Below, piece after piece: positions 46,889 through 58,577 of a stretch of DNA of 64,000 nt. This stretch comes from an uncultured Acidobacteriota bacterium (GTDB lineage Bacteria > Actinomycetota > Acidimicrobiia > Spongiisociales > ZC4RG35). A program made the translations under genes and the position numbers. Numbering within the stretch: the stretch's first letter is position 1; each line of letters begins with the position of its first letter. Under the pieces are notes generated by a model. The model was not told the origin of the DNA, did no database searches, and was given only the letters and a program-made list of their open reading frames with translations. The DNA lies in NCBI GenBank assembly GCA_963778755.1, contig CAVZVJ010000010.1, forward strand, positions 34,207 through 98,206, in the 5' to 3' direction.

Positions 46889-48005
46889 GTGGGACTCGTC
46901 CAATATGTGATCCTCCACCCATGGAGGGTGGCGATCACGGTGGTCGCCGGGGTGCTTCTGGGGCTTGCGGCTTTTTACGTGTACCAGGTGCAGGCAGCCC
47001 TCGACACAGTCGCGAGCGAGGAGTTCAATCCACAAGCCGCCAGGGCCGCAATCGATGTCACAGGCACCACATCACGCGACATCGTTTTCGTTGAGCCCGC
47101 CCCTTATCCCGAAGGTGAAGATCTGGCCGAGCAGCAATTGGAGCTGGCTGGCGAGTTCGATCTCACAGGGTCATTCGATCCGCAAGCTCTCACGCCCGAC
47201 TCGTTCGGCGATCCCATCGATGACGAGCTCTTCACTTCCTATCTACTTGTTGGCGCAGACGCATCGGGTTTTCTCGCCGATGTGATCATCCTCGCCCTCC
47301 AGCCGGAGGACGGCTCGGATCCGATCATGGTGAGCCTGCCCCGGGATCTCTTCGTCTGGAACCTGTGCAAGCGGACACTGACCAGGCTCAACGAAGGCCT
47401 CGGTGGTTGCACCGGAGTCGCCTCGGGCTCGGAGCTCCTGGCGATCATGGTCGAGGACTACACCGGGATACCGGTCGACCATGTGGCGAGGGTCAACTTC
47501 GGCGGTTTTGCGCCGCGTCGTGGACGCCATGGGAGGAGTGACGGTTTGTGTCGACCACCCGACCCGGGATGCCAATTCAGGGCTCGACCTTGCCGACGCC
47601 GGCTGCCGGCGGGCAGACGGTGAGGTGGCTCTGGCGTGGGTCCGTTCCAGACATACCGAGCAGTTCATAGGCGGTGCCTGGGTAGGCGTGGCTGGGTCGG
47701 ATTTTGCCCGGCAGACCCGGCAACAGGACGTGCTTTTCCAATTGGCAGGCAAGGCGGCAGGCTTCTCGTCACCGGTGTCGCTGACCAACAAATTGTCTGC
47801 TGTCTCCTCCTCCGTCCGACTCGACTCCTCGTGGACGTTCGGGCAGGCGATCTCTGCTGCCTGGCGCTATCGGGGAATCACCAAAGACTCAGTGGACCGT
47901 TTCTCGATCGAAGTGCAGAACTACCGGGCGCCCGGAGGGGCTGCGGTATTGCTTCCCACCTCCACCTTCAAGGATCAATTGGAGGAGTTTTATCCCCTCG
48001 ATTGA
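46889..48005 (+). pseudogene. LytR-CpsA-Psr (LCP) family cell-wall glycopolymer transferase; frame interrupted near 47513
   Basis: ORF 46889-47623 carries the TM anchor and the LCP core (SYLLVGADAS..., DPIMVSLPRDL, VDHVARVNFGGF). ORF 47403-48005 continues it (RVVDAMGGVTVCV..., ALAWVRSRH). One extra base at about 47513 (ttt gcg C cgc gtc) joins them. Confidence 0.8.
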
Positions 48006-48054
48006 TACGTTCGGTCCCCAGAGGCGTAGGGTCGGTTCGTAGAAAGGAGGTTCT

Positions 48055-48483
48055 ATGGGTTTAGGACCGATAGAGCTATTGGTGGTCGGGTTCCCTGGGA
48101 GCCAGTTCAACGGGGGGATTGTGCCCGCCTTGAAAGATGTGGTGCAGCGCGACATCGTGAGCATCGTGGACGGCCTTCTGGTCATGAAGGATCTCGACGG
48201 CAACGTGGAGTTCGTCGAAATCGAAGATGCCGGCGCCAATGACGATGTGGCCCTTCTGGCGGCGCTGATAAACGATGCCAACGGGTTGCTCAGCGATGAC
48301 GACGCGTACTCGGTAGCCGAGGCGCTGGAGCCAGGAGACTCGGCCGCAATGTTGGTGTTCGAGCACACCTGGGCCAAGCCGTTCCGCGACGCGATCGTCA
48401 ATTCGGGCGGGGTGCTTGTGGCCGACGTCCGAATCCCGGGGATGGTGGTGGACCAGGTCCTCGCCGACTTGGTCGACGCCTGA
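48055..48483 (+). CDS. Uncharacterised conserved protein (I recall this family as DUF6325)
   Basis: This 142-aa protein has GPIELLVVGFPGSQFNGGIVPAL... and MLVFEHTWAKPFRDAI. It lies directly upstream of a SHOCT-domain gene. Confidence 0.55.
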   Translation: MGLGPIELLVVGFPGSQFNGGIVPALKDVVQRDIVSIVDGLLVMKDLDGNVEFVEIEDAGANDDVALLAALINDANGLLSDDDAYSVAEALEPGDSAAMLVFEHTWAKPFRDAIVNSGGVLVADVRIPGMVVDQVLADLVDA

Positions 48484-48502
48484 TTTCGAGAGGAGACATC
48501 AA

Positions 48503-48841
48503 ATGATTCGAAGAGTGGGACGTCGAGGGTTGGTGGGAACCATGGCTACTACTGCCGTCGTGGTGGGGACAGCCAGCGCAGTGTCAGGGTCTATGCAGAA
48601 CAAGCAGCAGGCACAGGCCAATGCCGCGGCGCAGGAGCAGGCTGCCCAGCAGGCCGCTTTCGAGGCACAAGCCGGAGTGGCTGATCTCCAGGCCCAACTG
48701 GACGCCCAGCAGGCCCCAAATGTCGCGGTGGCGCCGAGTGGTGACATCACGGTCGAGTTGGAGAAATTGGGTCAGCTGAAGGCTTCTGGGGTCCTCAACG
48801 ACGAAGAGTTCACGGCAGCGAAGGCAAAGCTGCTCGCCTGA
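48503..48841 (+). CDS. SHOCT-domain protein
   Basis: The ATG at 48503 follows AGGAG. It has an N-terminal Gly/Thr-rich hydrophobic stretch and a Gln/Ala-rich coil. The C-terminal LEKLGQLKASGVLNDEEFTAAKAKLL is the SHOCT motif. Confidence 0.7.
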   Translation: MIRRVGRRGLVGTMATTAVVVGTASAVSGSMQNKQQAQANAAAQEQAAQQAAFEAQAGVADLQAQLDAQQAPNVAVAPSGDITVELEKLGQLKASGVLNDEEFTAAKAKLLA

Positions 48842-48856
48842 CCGTTTTCGGAGATG

Positions 48857-48883
48857 CGAAGACCACCGACGTGGTGGTCTTCG
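48857..48883. terminator. Hairpin between convergent SHOCT gene and purB
   Basis: The arms cgaagaccac (48857-48866) and gtggtcttcg (48874-48883) form a 10-bp perfect stem. Confidence 0.5.
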
Positions 48884-48889
48884 TCGCGT

Positions 48890-50191
48890 TCAGGCGAGTT
48901 GCAGTGAGCCGAGACGCTCGAAGACGATGGCTGAGGACTGGACAACCTTCTCCAAGGAGAAGCACCGGTCCAACTCCTCGTTGTTGAGGGTCACCTCAGG
49001 GTCCGCGGCCAACAGGTCGCGTAGATCCATGTCCTCGTTCCAGGCCCTCATCGCGTGCCCCTGCACGATCCGATATGCGGCATCGCGGGTGAGGCCCGTG
49101 TCGACCAGGGCCAAAAGCACCGCCTGACTGAAGACGAGCCCCCTGCTCGACTCGAGGTTGGACCGCATCCGATCGACGTCAACGACGAGGTTGTCGATCA
49201 GGCCGCGGAACTTGACCAGCATGTAATGGAGGACGATGGATGCGTCGGGGAGGGCGACCCTCTCCGCCGAGGAATGAGAGATATCCCTCTCATGCCATAG
49301 CGCAACATTTTCGAGGCCGACCTGGGCGTAGCCGCGGAGAAGGCGTGCCATACCGGTCAACCGCTCGGAGAGGATCGGGTTCCGCTTGTGGGGCATCGCC
49401 GACGAGCCCTTCTGCCCTTTGCCGAACGCTTCCCTGACCTCGGAGACCTCGGACCGTTGGAGATGTCGAATCTCGGTCGCCGTCCGCTCGATCGAGGCCC
49501 CGGTGAGGGCGATGGCCTGGAGATACTCGGCATGACGGTCCCGAGCGGTCACCTGGGTTGATGCCGGCTCGATGCCGAGGCCCAGGGATTCGCAAACGTG
49601 GCTTTCGATCTCTGGCGGGAGATGGGCATAGGTGCCCACGGCCCCCGAGATCTTGCCCACGGCGACCGCCTGGCGTGCCGCCACCAGACGGGCGTGGTCC
49701 CGCGAGAGCTCGAATGCCCAACCGGCGAGCTTGAGCCCGAAGGTGGTGGGCTCGGCCCAGATACCGTGAGTGCGCCCGATCATGAAGGTCTCCCGGTGGT
49801 CCCCGGCCTTGGCCTTCACAACGTCAAAGAGGGTCTCCAAAGCGTCGAGGAGGAGGTTGGATGAGTCCATCAGTTGGGATCCGAGAGCGGTGTCGAGCAC
49901 GTCCGACGATGTCAGCCCGTAGTGGACCCATGCCCTGGCTTCGTCACCAGCGGCCTCGCCGAGAAGATCGACGAAGGCGGCCAGATCGTGGTTGGTGGTC
50001 TCCTCGCGAAGAGCCACTTCCTCCGGAGTCGGGCACTTGACTCCGCGCAGAGCCTCGGCCACGGAGTTCGGGACCTTGCCCAGCGAGGCCCAGGCCTCCA
50101 GTGCGAGGACCTCCACCTCCATCCAGGTCTCCAGACGGTGCTGATCGGACCAGATCCGGCCCATCTCGGGGAGGGTGTAGCGCTCGATCAC
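48890..50191 (-). CDS. purB: Adenylosuccinate lyase
   Basis: It begins MIERYTLPEMGRIW, has the fumarate-lyase signature context GSSAMPHKRNP, and is 433 aa. Confidence 0.95.
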   Translation of the reverse strand: MIERYTLPEMGRIWSDQHRLETWMEVEVLALEAWASLGKVPNSVAEALRGVKCPTPEEVALREETTNHDLAAFVDLLGEAAGDEARAWVHYGLTSSDVLDTALGSQLMDSSNLLLDALETLFDVVKAKAGDHRETFMIGRTHGIWAEPTTFGLKLAGWAFELSRDHARLVAARQAVAVGKISGAVGTYAHLPPEIESHVCESLGLGIEPASTQVTARDRHAEYLQAIALTGASIERTATEIRHLQRSEVSEVREAFGKGQKGSSAMPHKRNPILSERLTGMARLLRGYAQVGLENVALWHERDISHSSAERVALPDASIVLHYMLVKFRGLIDNLVVDVDRMRSNLESSRGLVFSQAVLLALVDTGLTRDAAYRIVQGHAMRAWNEDMDLRDLLAADPEVTLNNEELDRCFSLEKVVQSSAIVFERLGSLQLA

Positions 50192-50229
50192 GGTCGCGAT
50201 GATGCCACGCCGGTTAGCGTCGCCCGCCC

Positions 50230-51406
50230 ATGCGCCGCATAACCATCGATCAGGCTCGCCGTTACGCCCTGGCCGCCCAGGGCTTCACCGAGCCACGCGC
50301 CCTCGGGTCGGATCGACGTCCGACATTTCCGGCGGGTGGTGGATCGGTCGCTTGTCATTCAGCTCGACTCGGTGAACGCCTTCAGCCGGACCCATTATCT
50401 GCCCTTCTTCTCGCGTCTCGGCCCCTACGACCGGGACGCTCTCGACGACTGGATATGGCGATCGGGGGAGATGTTCGAGTACTGGGGCCACATGGCATCG
50501 GTACTCCCCATGAGCGACCACCGGCTGTTCCGATGGCGCATGGAGAGGGGATACATCTGGACTTCTGCCGAGAAGGCGCTGGCGACCCGGCCCGGATACC
50601 TGGATGCCATCTACGAAGAGGTCCGGGAGCGGGGCCCGCTGCAGACCTCCGATCTCGAAGATCCCGGGGTCAAGGACCCGAATGGCTCGATGTGGAACTG
50701 GTCGGACGGGAAGGTCGCCCTCGAGATGCTGTTCGTCCAGGGGCGGGTGGCAGCCGCAGATCGTCGCAATTTCGTTCGGATGTACGACATCGCCGAGCGG
50801 GTGATCGCTCCCGAGCACCTGCAGACTCCGACGCCCCCTACCGAGGAGGCGCAATCGGTGTTGTTGGAGCGCTCTGCCCGGGCATTGGGGGTGGGGACGG
50901 CCGACGACATCGCCGACTACTACCGGCTCCGGATGCCGGTCGCCAAGCCACTCATCTCCGAAGCTGGTCTCATCGGGACGGCTCGTGGAGGTCGAGGTCG
51001 CCGGATGGGATAAGCCTGGCTACCTCCATCCCGAGGCGCGACTGCCCCGGAGCGTTGAAGGGCGGGCGCTGCTGTCTCCGTTCGACAACCTGATCTGGTA
51101 CCGGGACCGCGTGGAGCGCATGTGGGACTTTCACTACCGGATCGAGATCTATGTCCCCGAGCACAAGCGGATCCACGGGTATTACGTGCTGCCATTCCTG
51201 CTCGATGGCGATCTGGTGGCGAGGGTGGACCTCAAGACCGACCGCAAGGAGGGGGCCCTGCTGGTGAGGGGTGCCTTCGCTGAGCCAGGAGCGGACAAGG
51301 TCAGAGTGGGTCGGGAACTGTCCGAGGAACTGGAGTTGGTTGCCACCTGGCTGGGGCTGGGCGGGTGGAGGTGTCGAAAAACGGGGATCTGGCTGCGTTT
51401 CTGTGA
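50230..51406 (+). pseudogene. YcaQ/AlkZ-family winged-helix protein (DUF1006, DNA interstrand-crosslink glycosylase-like); three frame breaks
   Basis: The family-like peptide is spread over three frames. The first piece is MRRITIDQARRYALAAQGFTEP. After a break at about 50298 comes RPSGRIDVRHFRRVVDRSLVIQLDSVNAF...AKPLISE. After a break at about 50963 comes [23 protein letters not shown]...[26 protein letters not shown]...ATWLGLGG. After a break at about 51365 comes [13 protein letters not shown], with the stop at 51404-51406. Confidence 0.8.
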
Positions 51407-51425
51407 TGCCCCCTCGGCCAGCGAT

Positions 51426-51473
51426 GCCCCCTTAGGGGGGACCGCTCAAGCGGAGCGAGAGCGATTCGGGGGG
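51426..51473. repeat. REP-like G6/C6-bounded element (copy)
   Basis: The sequence is gcccccttaggggggaccgctcaagcggagcgagagcgattcgggggg. Compare 35751-35802, which reads gtcccccctttccgaaggggggaccgcctgagcggagcgaaggcgagggggg. It becomes intergenic once the YcaQ-like C-terminus is corrected. Confidence 0.55.
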
Positions 51474-51484
51474 TTTGGGCCGAC

Positions 51485-52669
51485 TTAACTAAACGCGCTG
51501 ATGCCAGTGATTGCCTGACCCATCACCAGGGTGTGGATCTCGTTGGTGCCCTCATAGGTGAACACCGTCTCCAGATTGGCCATGTGCCGCATCACCGGGT
51601 ACTCCAGTGTGATCCCGTTTGCCCCCAGGATCGAACGGGCGGTCCGTGCCACGTCGAGTGAGTTCCGCACGTTGTCGAACTTCCCGAAACTGACCTGCTC
51701 CGGGGTCAGCTTGCCGTCATCCTTGCGTCGCCCCAGATGAAGCGCCAGCAGGGTTCCCCGCTGCACCGCAACCATCATCTCCACCAGTTTCTTCTGGGTG
51801 AGCTGGAACGAGGCGATCGGCTGGTCGAATTGGTGGCGCTCGATCGAGTAGTCCAGGGCGGCCTCGTAGCAGGCTCTGGCCGCCCCGATCGCTCCGAAGG
51901 CGATCCCGAACCGTGCCTCGTTGAGACAAGAGAGCGGTCCCCGCATCGAGGCCACGCCGGGGAGTACGAAGTCATCGGGCAGCCTCACATCGTCGAGGAT
52001 CAGCTCCGAGGTGACCGACGCTCGCAGCGACGCTTTCTTCTTGATCTCTGGTGCAGAGAACCCGGGGGTATCGGTGGGGACGATGAAACCCCGCACGCCT
52101 TCGTCGCTGCGGGCCCAGACGATGGCGACGTCGGCGATCGAGCCGTTGGTGATCCACATCTTGGTCCCGTTGAGCACCCAGTCGGATCCATCCCGTTTCG
52201 CATTGGTTCGCATCGAGGCCGGGTCCGAACCTGAGTCCGGCTCGGTCAGACCGAAGCATCCGATGACCTCGCCGCTGGCCATCCTGGGCAACCAGGTCTC
52301 CTTTTGCTCCTCGGAGCCAAATTTCCAGATGGGGAACATCGCCAGAGAGCCCTGAACCGAGACAAAAGAGCGGATTCCCGAGTCGCCGGCTTCCAATTCG
52401 AGACAGGCCAGCCCGTAGGCGGTGGCGGAGGTCCCGGCGCAACCGTATCCCTCGAGATGCATGCCCAGAAGGCCAATGTCGCCGAACGCCTTGGCCAACT
52501 CGGCCTGGGGAAGCTTTCCCTCATCCCACCAGTCCCCGACGTGTGGAACGATCTCCTTCTGCACGTAGTCACGGACGGTGCCACGAAGCAGCTTCTCCTC
52601 GTCGGAGAGCAGGGCGTCGAGGTCGAGGAAGTCGCGGGGATCGGGCGTGTCGAAGACGATGTCACTCAT
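51485..52669 (-). CDS. Acyl-CoA dehydrogenase (glutaryl-CoA dehydrogenase-like)
   Basis: It has [24 protein letters not shown] and YEGTNEIH motifs. It is 394 aa. Confidence 0.9.
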   Translation of the reverse strand: MSDIVFDTPDPRDFLDLDALLSDEEKLLRGTVRDYVQKEIVPHVGDWWDEGKLPQAELAKAFGDIGLLGMHLEGYGCAGTSATAYGLACLELEAGDSGIRSFVSVQGSLAMFPIWKFGSEEQKETWLPRMASGEVIGCFGLTEPDSGSDPASMRTNAKRDGSDWVLNGTKMWITNGSIADVAIVWARSDEGVRGFIVPTDTPGFSAPEIKKKASLRASVTSELILDDVRLPDDFVLPGVASMRGPLSCLNEARFGIAFGAIGAARACYEAALDYSIERHQFDQPIASFQLTQKKLVEMMVAVQRGTLLALHLGRRKDDGKLTPEQVSFGKFDNVRNSLDVARTARSILGANGITLEYPVMRHMANLETVFTYEGTNEIHTLVMGQAITGISAFS

Positions 52670-52701
52670 TCGAGGTCAATGGTATCCGCAACCGCGGATC
52701 T

Positions 52702-53166
52702 CTATCCGGCCAGGGTCTTGTTGGCGAGGTCGACCCGGTAGTCGGCGAGCTTTTGCCGCAGCTCATCGTCGTTGAGAGCGAGGATGGCCACGGCCAGAAG
52801 CGCCGCATTCGGGGCGCCGTCGATGGCCACGGTCGCCACCGGGATCCCGGTCGGCATCTGGACTGTTGCCAGCAGGGAATCCATTCCGTCGAGCGAGGCG
52901 TTGAGGGGCACGCCGATCACCGGGAGCAGTGATTTGGCGGCCATCACACCGGCGAGGTGGGCTGCTTTGCCGGCGCCGGCGATGATCACCTCAAAGCCCT
53001 GGTCGGCGGCGGTGGCGGCGAATTCGATCGCCTGATCCGGGGTCTTGTGCGCCGAAAGGACTCTCGTCACATGCTCGATCCCGAACTGTTCGAGCATGGC
53101 TCCGGCTTTCTCCATGACCGGGCGGTCCGAGCCTGAGCCCATGACGATGGCGACTTTGTGTGGCAT
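52702..53166 (-). CDS. purE: N5-carboxyaminoimidazole ribonucleotide mutase
   Basis: It has VAIVMGSGSDRPVM, SAHKTP, AGAGKAAHLAGVMAA and VIGVPL blocks. No purK is adjacent. Confidence 0.95.
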   Translation of the reverse strand: MPHKVAIVMGSGSDRPVMEKAGAMLEQFGIEHVTRVLSAHKTPDQAIEFAATAADQGFEVIIAGAGKAAHLAGVMAAKSLLPVIGVPLNASLDGMDSLLATVQMPTGIPVATVAIDGAPNAALLAVAILALNDDELRQKLADYRVDLANKTLAG

Positions 53167-53196
53167 GACCCGGACGCTAACCGAATGCTCGACTCG

Positions 53197-53743
53197 TCAC
53201 GCCGGCTCGATCGGGCGCTCCATCGCCACCGCGTCGAGAGTCACGCCGTCGGGCATGGTCACCACGAACGGCTCCACCTCGACGAACCCGAAGGCTTTGT
53301 AAAGGGCGACACCGGGGAGGGTGGCGCCGAGGTCCAGCATCTGAAATCCTTCGTCGCGGGCGGCGTCATGCCCCGCTTTGAGGATGGCCCGGCCCAGCCC
53401 TCGCCTCGTCCAATCGGGGCGAACGAACATCGCACGGATGTGGGCGGCCTCCGTTCGCGGGTCGAGAAGACGGTTGTCGGCCTCGCCGTGCCCGCCCGAG
53501 CCGGTGTAGAGCAGGCCGCGCCGGCTCCATCCCGCCGCTGGCAACGATCTCGCCGTCCACATCGTGGACGAAGTAGGTCTGATCGGCCAAGAGCATGGGA
53601 TCGACGTGGGCGACATGAATCGCTGCGCTGGCCGTCTGTCGTTCGTCGTAGAACTGCGGGAAAAGCTCGAGTACCGCAGCCCGCATCACCTCGGTGATCG
53701 CGCCGGTATCAGCCTCGGTGGCGATTCGGAGAACCGGCTGCAT
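53197..53743 (-). pseudogene. GNAT-family N-acetyltransferase; frame interrupted near 53530
   Basis: The N-terminal half is in ORF 53366-53743 (...YFVHDVDGEIVASGG). The acetyl-CoA-binding half is in ORF 53197-53616 (WSRRGLLYTG...MFVRPDWTRRGLGRAIL...). One extra base joins the two. Confidence 0.75.
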
Positions 53744-53808
53744 GAGGCGCGGTAGTAGTGGTGTGTCGGAATGGTTGTCAACCGCCAGATCCGACTATCA
53801 TCGAACGT

Positions 53809-54397
53809 ATGTTCGCTGTAGATGTGATCCAGCCATCGCTATTCGGGGACACCGATCCCAGCCCGGACCTCGAGTTCGGCGGGCTGGAACGGATCGATCT
53901 CGATCCGCTGAGCTGGCTCGACTTTGCCCCGGATGGCTGGCCGGTGACACCCGGCTGTTCGATTTCCTCACCAGGACCGTCGAGTGGCAACAGCCCGAGG
54001 TGCGCATGTACGAGAAGATGGTGAGAACGCCCCGACTCATCGGCCAGGTCGATGCCAGTTCTCATCCCGTCCTGGAGTCAATGGTCGATCTCCTCTCCGA
54101 TCGCTATCGGATCAGCATGGATCGGGTCAGTGCCGGCTGGTACCGGATCGGGGCCGACTCGGTGGCCTGGCATGGTGATCGGATCGCCCGTGAGCTTCCC
54201 CATTCCATCGTGGCGACGGTCTCTCTAGGTGGGCCGCGGCGCTTCTTGATCAGGCCCAAGGAAGGCGGCGAGTCGATGGCCTTCGATCTGGGCAGCGGCG
54301 ACCTCCTGGTGATGGGAGGGGCCTGTCAGAGATTGTGGGAGCACACGGTTCCGAAGGTGGCATCGGCGCCGCCGCGCATCGCCCTGATGTTTCGACA

Positions 54398-54410
<13 letters not shown>
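53809..54410 (+). pseudogene. alkB: AlkB-like Fe(II)/2-oxoglutarate dioxygenase; frame interrupted near 53930
   Basis: The N-terminus MFAVDVIQPSLFGD...SWLDFAP lies in one frame (ATG 53809). The remainder GWLAGDTRLFDFL...VAWHGDRIAREL...LWEHTVPK...RIALMFRH lies in ORF 53694-54410. The break sits in a C-run at 53927-53930. Confidence 0.75.
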
Positions 54411-55620
<1,210 letters not shown>

Positions 55621-55624
<4 letters not shown>

Positions 55625-56895
55625 GAGACTTTGATCAGCTGACTGCGCTCCGCGCCCACCGACACCCAACCGATGGGGACGCCGAGGGCCTCCTTGATGT
55701 AATCGACATACTCCCGGGCGGCCGCGGGTAGATCGGCGAAGGAGCGGACGCCGGTGATGTCCACCTTCCATCCCGGCAGTTCTTCGTAGACGGGCTCGCA
55801 GTGATAGAGCACGCTCTGCTGCGAGGGGAAATGGTCGTATCGCTCGCCGCCGCTGACATAGGCGTTGGCCACCTTGATCGTGTCGAAGGCTGAGAGGATG
55901 TCCATCTTGGTCAGGAAGAGGCTGGTGAAAGTGTTGACCCGGGCCGCGTAACGGAGCGCCACCAGATCGAGCCATCCGCACCGACGTCGTCGCCCGGTCA
56001 CGGTGCCGTACTCGCCACCCAGCTCGATCATGGTGTTTCCGATTTCGTCGTCGAGCTCCGTAGGGAAGGGGCCGGTGCCGACCCGGGAGATGTAGGCCTT
56101 GGCAACGCCGATGATCTCCCCGATCGCCTTGGGCCCGATCCCGGTGCCGACCACGGCCCCTCCGGCGGTCGGGTTCGACGAGGTGACGAAGGGGTAGGTG
56201 CCGTGGTCGATGTCGAGCAGGGTCCCTTGGGCCCCTTCGAAGAGGACCTCCTTGCCCGCCTGCAAGTCCCTCCCAGATCAACAGTGAAGTGTCGGCGACA
56301 TGGGGTGCCAACCGCTCGGCGTAGCCCAGGTATTCGGCGACGATCTCATCAGGATCCATGGGCAGGCTGTTGTAGATCCGGGGCAGCACCCGGTTCTTCT
56401 CATCGAGAGCGGCTTCGACCTTCTCTCTGAAGATCTTGGCGTCGAAGAGATCCTGGACCCGATCCCAACCCGGGCGTATTTGTCGGTGTAGGCGGGCCCG
56501 ATTCCGCGCTTGGTGGTGCCGATCTGGTTCTTCCCCAGATAGCGCTCGATCATGGCATCGAGTTTGCGGTGGTAGGGCATGATCAAATGGGCGTTGGATG
56601 AGATCCGAACCCGAGAGGGGTCGAGACCGCGGCCCGCCACCATCTCCATCTCATCGAGCAGCACCTTGGGGTCGATGACGGTTCCGGAGGCGATCACCGG
56701 GGTGCAGTGCGGGTAGAGGATTCCCGAGGGGATCAGGGAGAGCGCCAGACGCTGATCGCCGACGACGATTGTGTGACCGGCGTTGTTCCCGCCCTGGAAG
56801 CGAACTACGAAGTCGGCTTTCTCGGCGAAATAGTCGACAACTCGACCCTTTCCCTCGTCACCCCATTGGGCACCCAGGACTACGGTGGCTGGCAT
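55621..56895 (-). pseudogene. purA: Adenylosuccinate synthetase; two frame breaks (about 56460 and about 56264)
   Basis: The first piece is [21 protein letters not shown]...[13 protein letters not shown]. After the first break comes [66 protein letters not shown]. After the second break comes QAGKEVLFEGAQGTLLDIDHGTYPFVTSSN...GWVSVGAERSQLIKVS*. The pieces lie in ORFs 56278-57045, 55211-56389 and 55621-56265. Confidence 0.9.
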
Positions 56896-56923
56896 GACGT
56901 GGCGGGACGGTAGCGGCTCATTT

Positions 56924-56980
56924 CTCCCCCCAGGAGCGAAGCGACGTTGGGGGGAGTACCGGCGAAGCCGGGGAGGGGGG
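56924..56980. repeat. REP-like G6/C6-bounded element (copy) upstream of purA and between purA and glnA
   Basis: An 8-bp hairpin, ctcccccc (56924-56931) pairing with ggggggag (56949-56956), encloses aggagcgaagcgacgtt. This loop carries the family core GGAGCGAAGCGA. It is followed by the hairpin ccggcgaagccgg and another G-run. Confidence 0.5.
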
Positions 56981-57010
56981 CGCCTGTGACGGCGCCAGAG
57001 TTTCCCGGTA

Positions 57011-57046
57011 GTTAGAACCGAAACACAGTGTTCACATTTCCGCAAC
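57011..57046 (+). promoter_or_regulatory. Candidate GlnR-type operator upstream of glnA
   Basis: GTTAG-n4-GAAAC(57020-24)-n6-TTCAC(57031-35)-n6-GCAAC(57042-46) resembles the actinobacterial GlnR box gTnAc-n6-GaAAc. A second half-site-like TTCAC-n6-CACAA lies at 57081-57096. Confidence 0.3.
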
Positions 57047-57110
57047 CACCGAGAAATCCCCCACAGATAGAACGCATCTGTTCACGACTGACACAATCGA
57101 AGGAGGCACC

Positions 57111-58535
57111 GTGACCAAGACGCCAGCCGACGTCTTGTCCCTCATCAAGGACGAGGGGTACGAGTTCATTGATCTGCGATTCTGCGACCTTCCGGGTCAG
57201 GTCCAGCACTTCACCGTCCCGGTTCGCGAGCTGACCGAGGACTCGTTCCAGGACGGTTTCGGGTTCGATGGTTCCTCGATTCGAGGGTTCCAGGAGATCC
57301 AGGAGTCGGACATGCTCCTGATCCCTGACCCCACTACCGCCGTGGACGACGTGTTCCGTGAGCGCAAGACCCTGATCCTCTATTGCTTCGTGAACGACCC
57401 GGTGACGGGTGCCCCCTATGACCGCGACCCCCGTTATGTGGCGAAGAAGGCAGAGGAGTATCTGAAAAGCACCGGCATCGCTGAGACCTCGTACTGGGGC
57501 CCGGAGGCCGAGTTCTATATCTTCGACGACGTCCGCTACGGGCAGAACCAGTATTCCGGCTTCTACTACGTCGACTCGGTCGAGGGCTCGTGGAACTCAG
57601 GGGAGTACGAGGAGGGCGGCAACCTCGGGTACAAGCCGCGATACAAGGAGGGCTACTTCCCGGTGCCCCCCACCGACCATTTCCAGGACCTCCGCTCGGA
57701 GATGACGGCCAACCTCGAGGCGGCCGGGATCCGGATCGAGGTCCAGCATCACGAGGTCGGCACGGCCGGGCAGGCCGAGATCGACATGCGTTACGACACG
57801 CTGCTACGCACCGCTGACAACGTGACCCTCTACAAGTACATCGTGAAGAACACCGCCTGGGCGGCGGGCAAGACGGTGACCTTCATGCCCAAGCCGATCT
57901 TCGAGGACAACGGGTCGGGCATGCACACTCACCAGTCGTTGTGGAACGGCGATACCCCGCTCTTCTTCGACGAGGCTGGCTACGCGGGTCTGTCCGATAT
58001 GGCGCGCTGGTACATCGGCGGTCTGTTGAAGCACGCGGCGGCGATCCTCGCCTTTGCGGCGCCGACCACGAACTCCTATCACCGGCTGGTTCCGGGGTAC
58101 GAGGCGCCGGTCAACCTGGTGTACTCGAGCAGGAACCGCTCAGCGGCGATCCGCATCCCGCAGTACTCCCAGGCGCCGGGGGCCAAGCGGCTCGAATTCC
58201 GCTGCCCTGACCCGTCCTGCAACCCGTATCTGTCGTTTGCGGCGATGCTGCTGGCGGGTCTGGACGGGGTGCAGAACCGAATCGAGCCCCACGACCCGGT
58301 GGACAAGGACATCTACGACCTTCCGCCGGCAGAGCTCGCCGGTCTTCCTTCGGTCCCGGGGAGCCTCCCCGAGGCGCTCAAGGCTCTCGAGGAGGACCAC
58401 GAGTTCCTGCTGGCCGGTGGTGTGTTCAGCGAGGATCTGATCCGGGCGTGGATCGACTACAAGATCGAGCACGAGGTCGACCCGGTGAGGCTCCGTCCCC
58501 ACCCCTACGAGTTCCACCTCTATTACGACATTTGA
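57111..58535 (+). CDS. glnA: Glutamine synthetase type I
   Basis: A GTG start lies 4 nt after GAAGGAGG. It has [53 protein letters not shown] and the C-terminal [11 protein letters not shown]. It is 474 aa and the frame is intact. Confidence 0.95.
   Translation: MTKTPADVLSLIKDEGYEFIDLRFCDLPGQVQHFTVPVRELTEDSFQDGFGFDGSSIRGFQEIQESDMLLIPDPTTAVDDVFRERKTLILYCFVNDPVTGAPYDRDPRYVAKKAEEYLKSTGIAETSYWGPEAEFYIFDDVRYGQNQYSGFYYVDSVEGSWNSGEYEEGGNLGYKPRYKEGYFPVPPTDHFQDLRSEMTANLEAAGIRIEVQHHEVGTAGQAEIDMRYDTLLRTADNVTLYKYIVKNTAWAAGKTVTFMPKPIFEDNGSGMHTHQSLWNGDTPLFFDEAGYAGLSDMARWYIGGLLKHAAAILAFAAPTTNSYHRLVPGYEAPVNLVYSSRNRSAAIRIPQYSQAPGAKRLEFRCPDPSCNPYLSFAAMLLAGLDGVQNRIEPHDPVDKDIYDLPPAELAGLPSVPGSLPEALKALEEDHEFLLAGGVFSEDLIRAWIDYKIEHEVDPVRLRPHPYEFHLYYDI
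58474..58525 (+). repeat. Direct repeat copy 1 (authentic glnA 3' end)
   Basis: The sequence is aggtcgacccggtgaggctccgtccccacccctacgagttccacctctatta. A 31-nt core (58489-58519) is identical to 60024-60054. Confidence 0.8.
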
Positions 58536-58577
58536 GAGTCGCGGCGCACCGTCGGGTGAAGCGTCACGGAAATGTGG

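Noticed and set aside
45851-47035. A 394-aa minus-strand ORF spanning the purC start, the CBS-BON gene and the LCP gene start
   Set aside because: It is antisense to, or overlaps, genes with clear family motifs and RBSs. Its peptide is Arg/His/Gly/Pro-rich with no recognisable domain. This is a typical shadow ORF in GC-rich DNA.
54250-54397. An extension of the last purD fragment by about 50 codons antisense to alkB
   Set aside because: The peptide (VLSRIDVETSGRCAAAPMPPSEP...) is unlike PurD C-termini. A shift near 54420 gives a short ending at 54398. This call remains uncertain.
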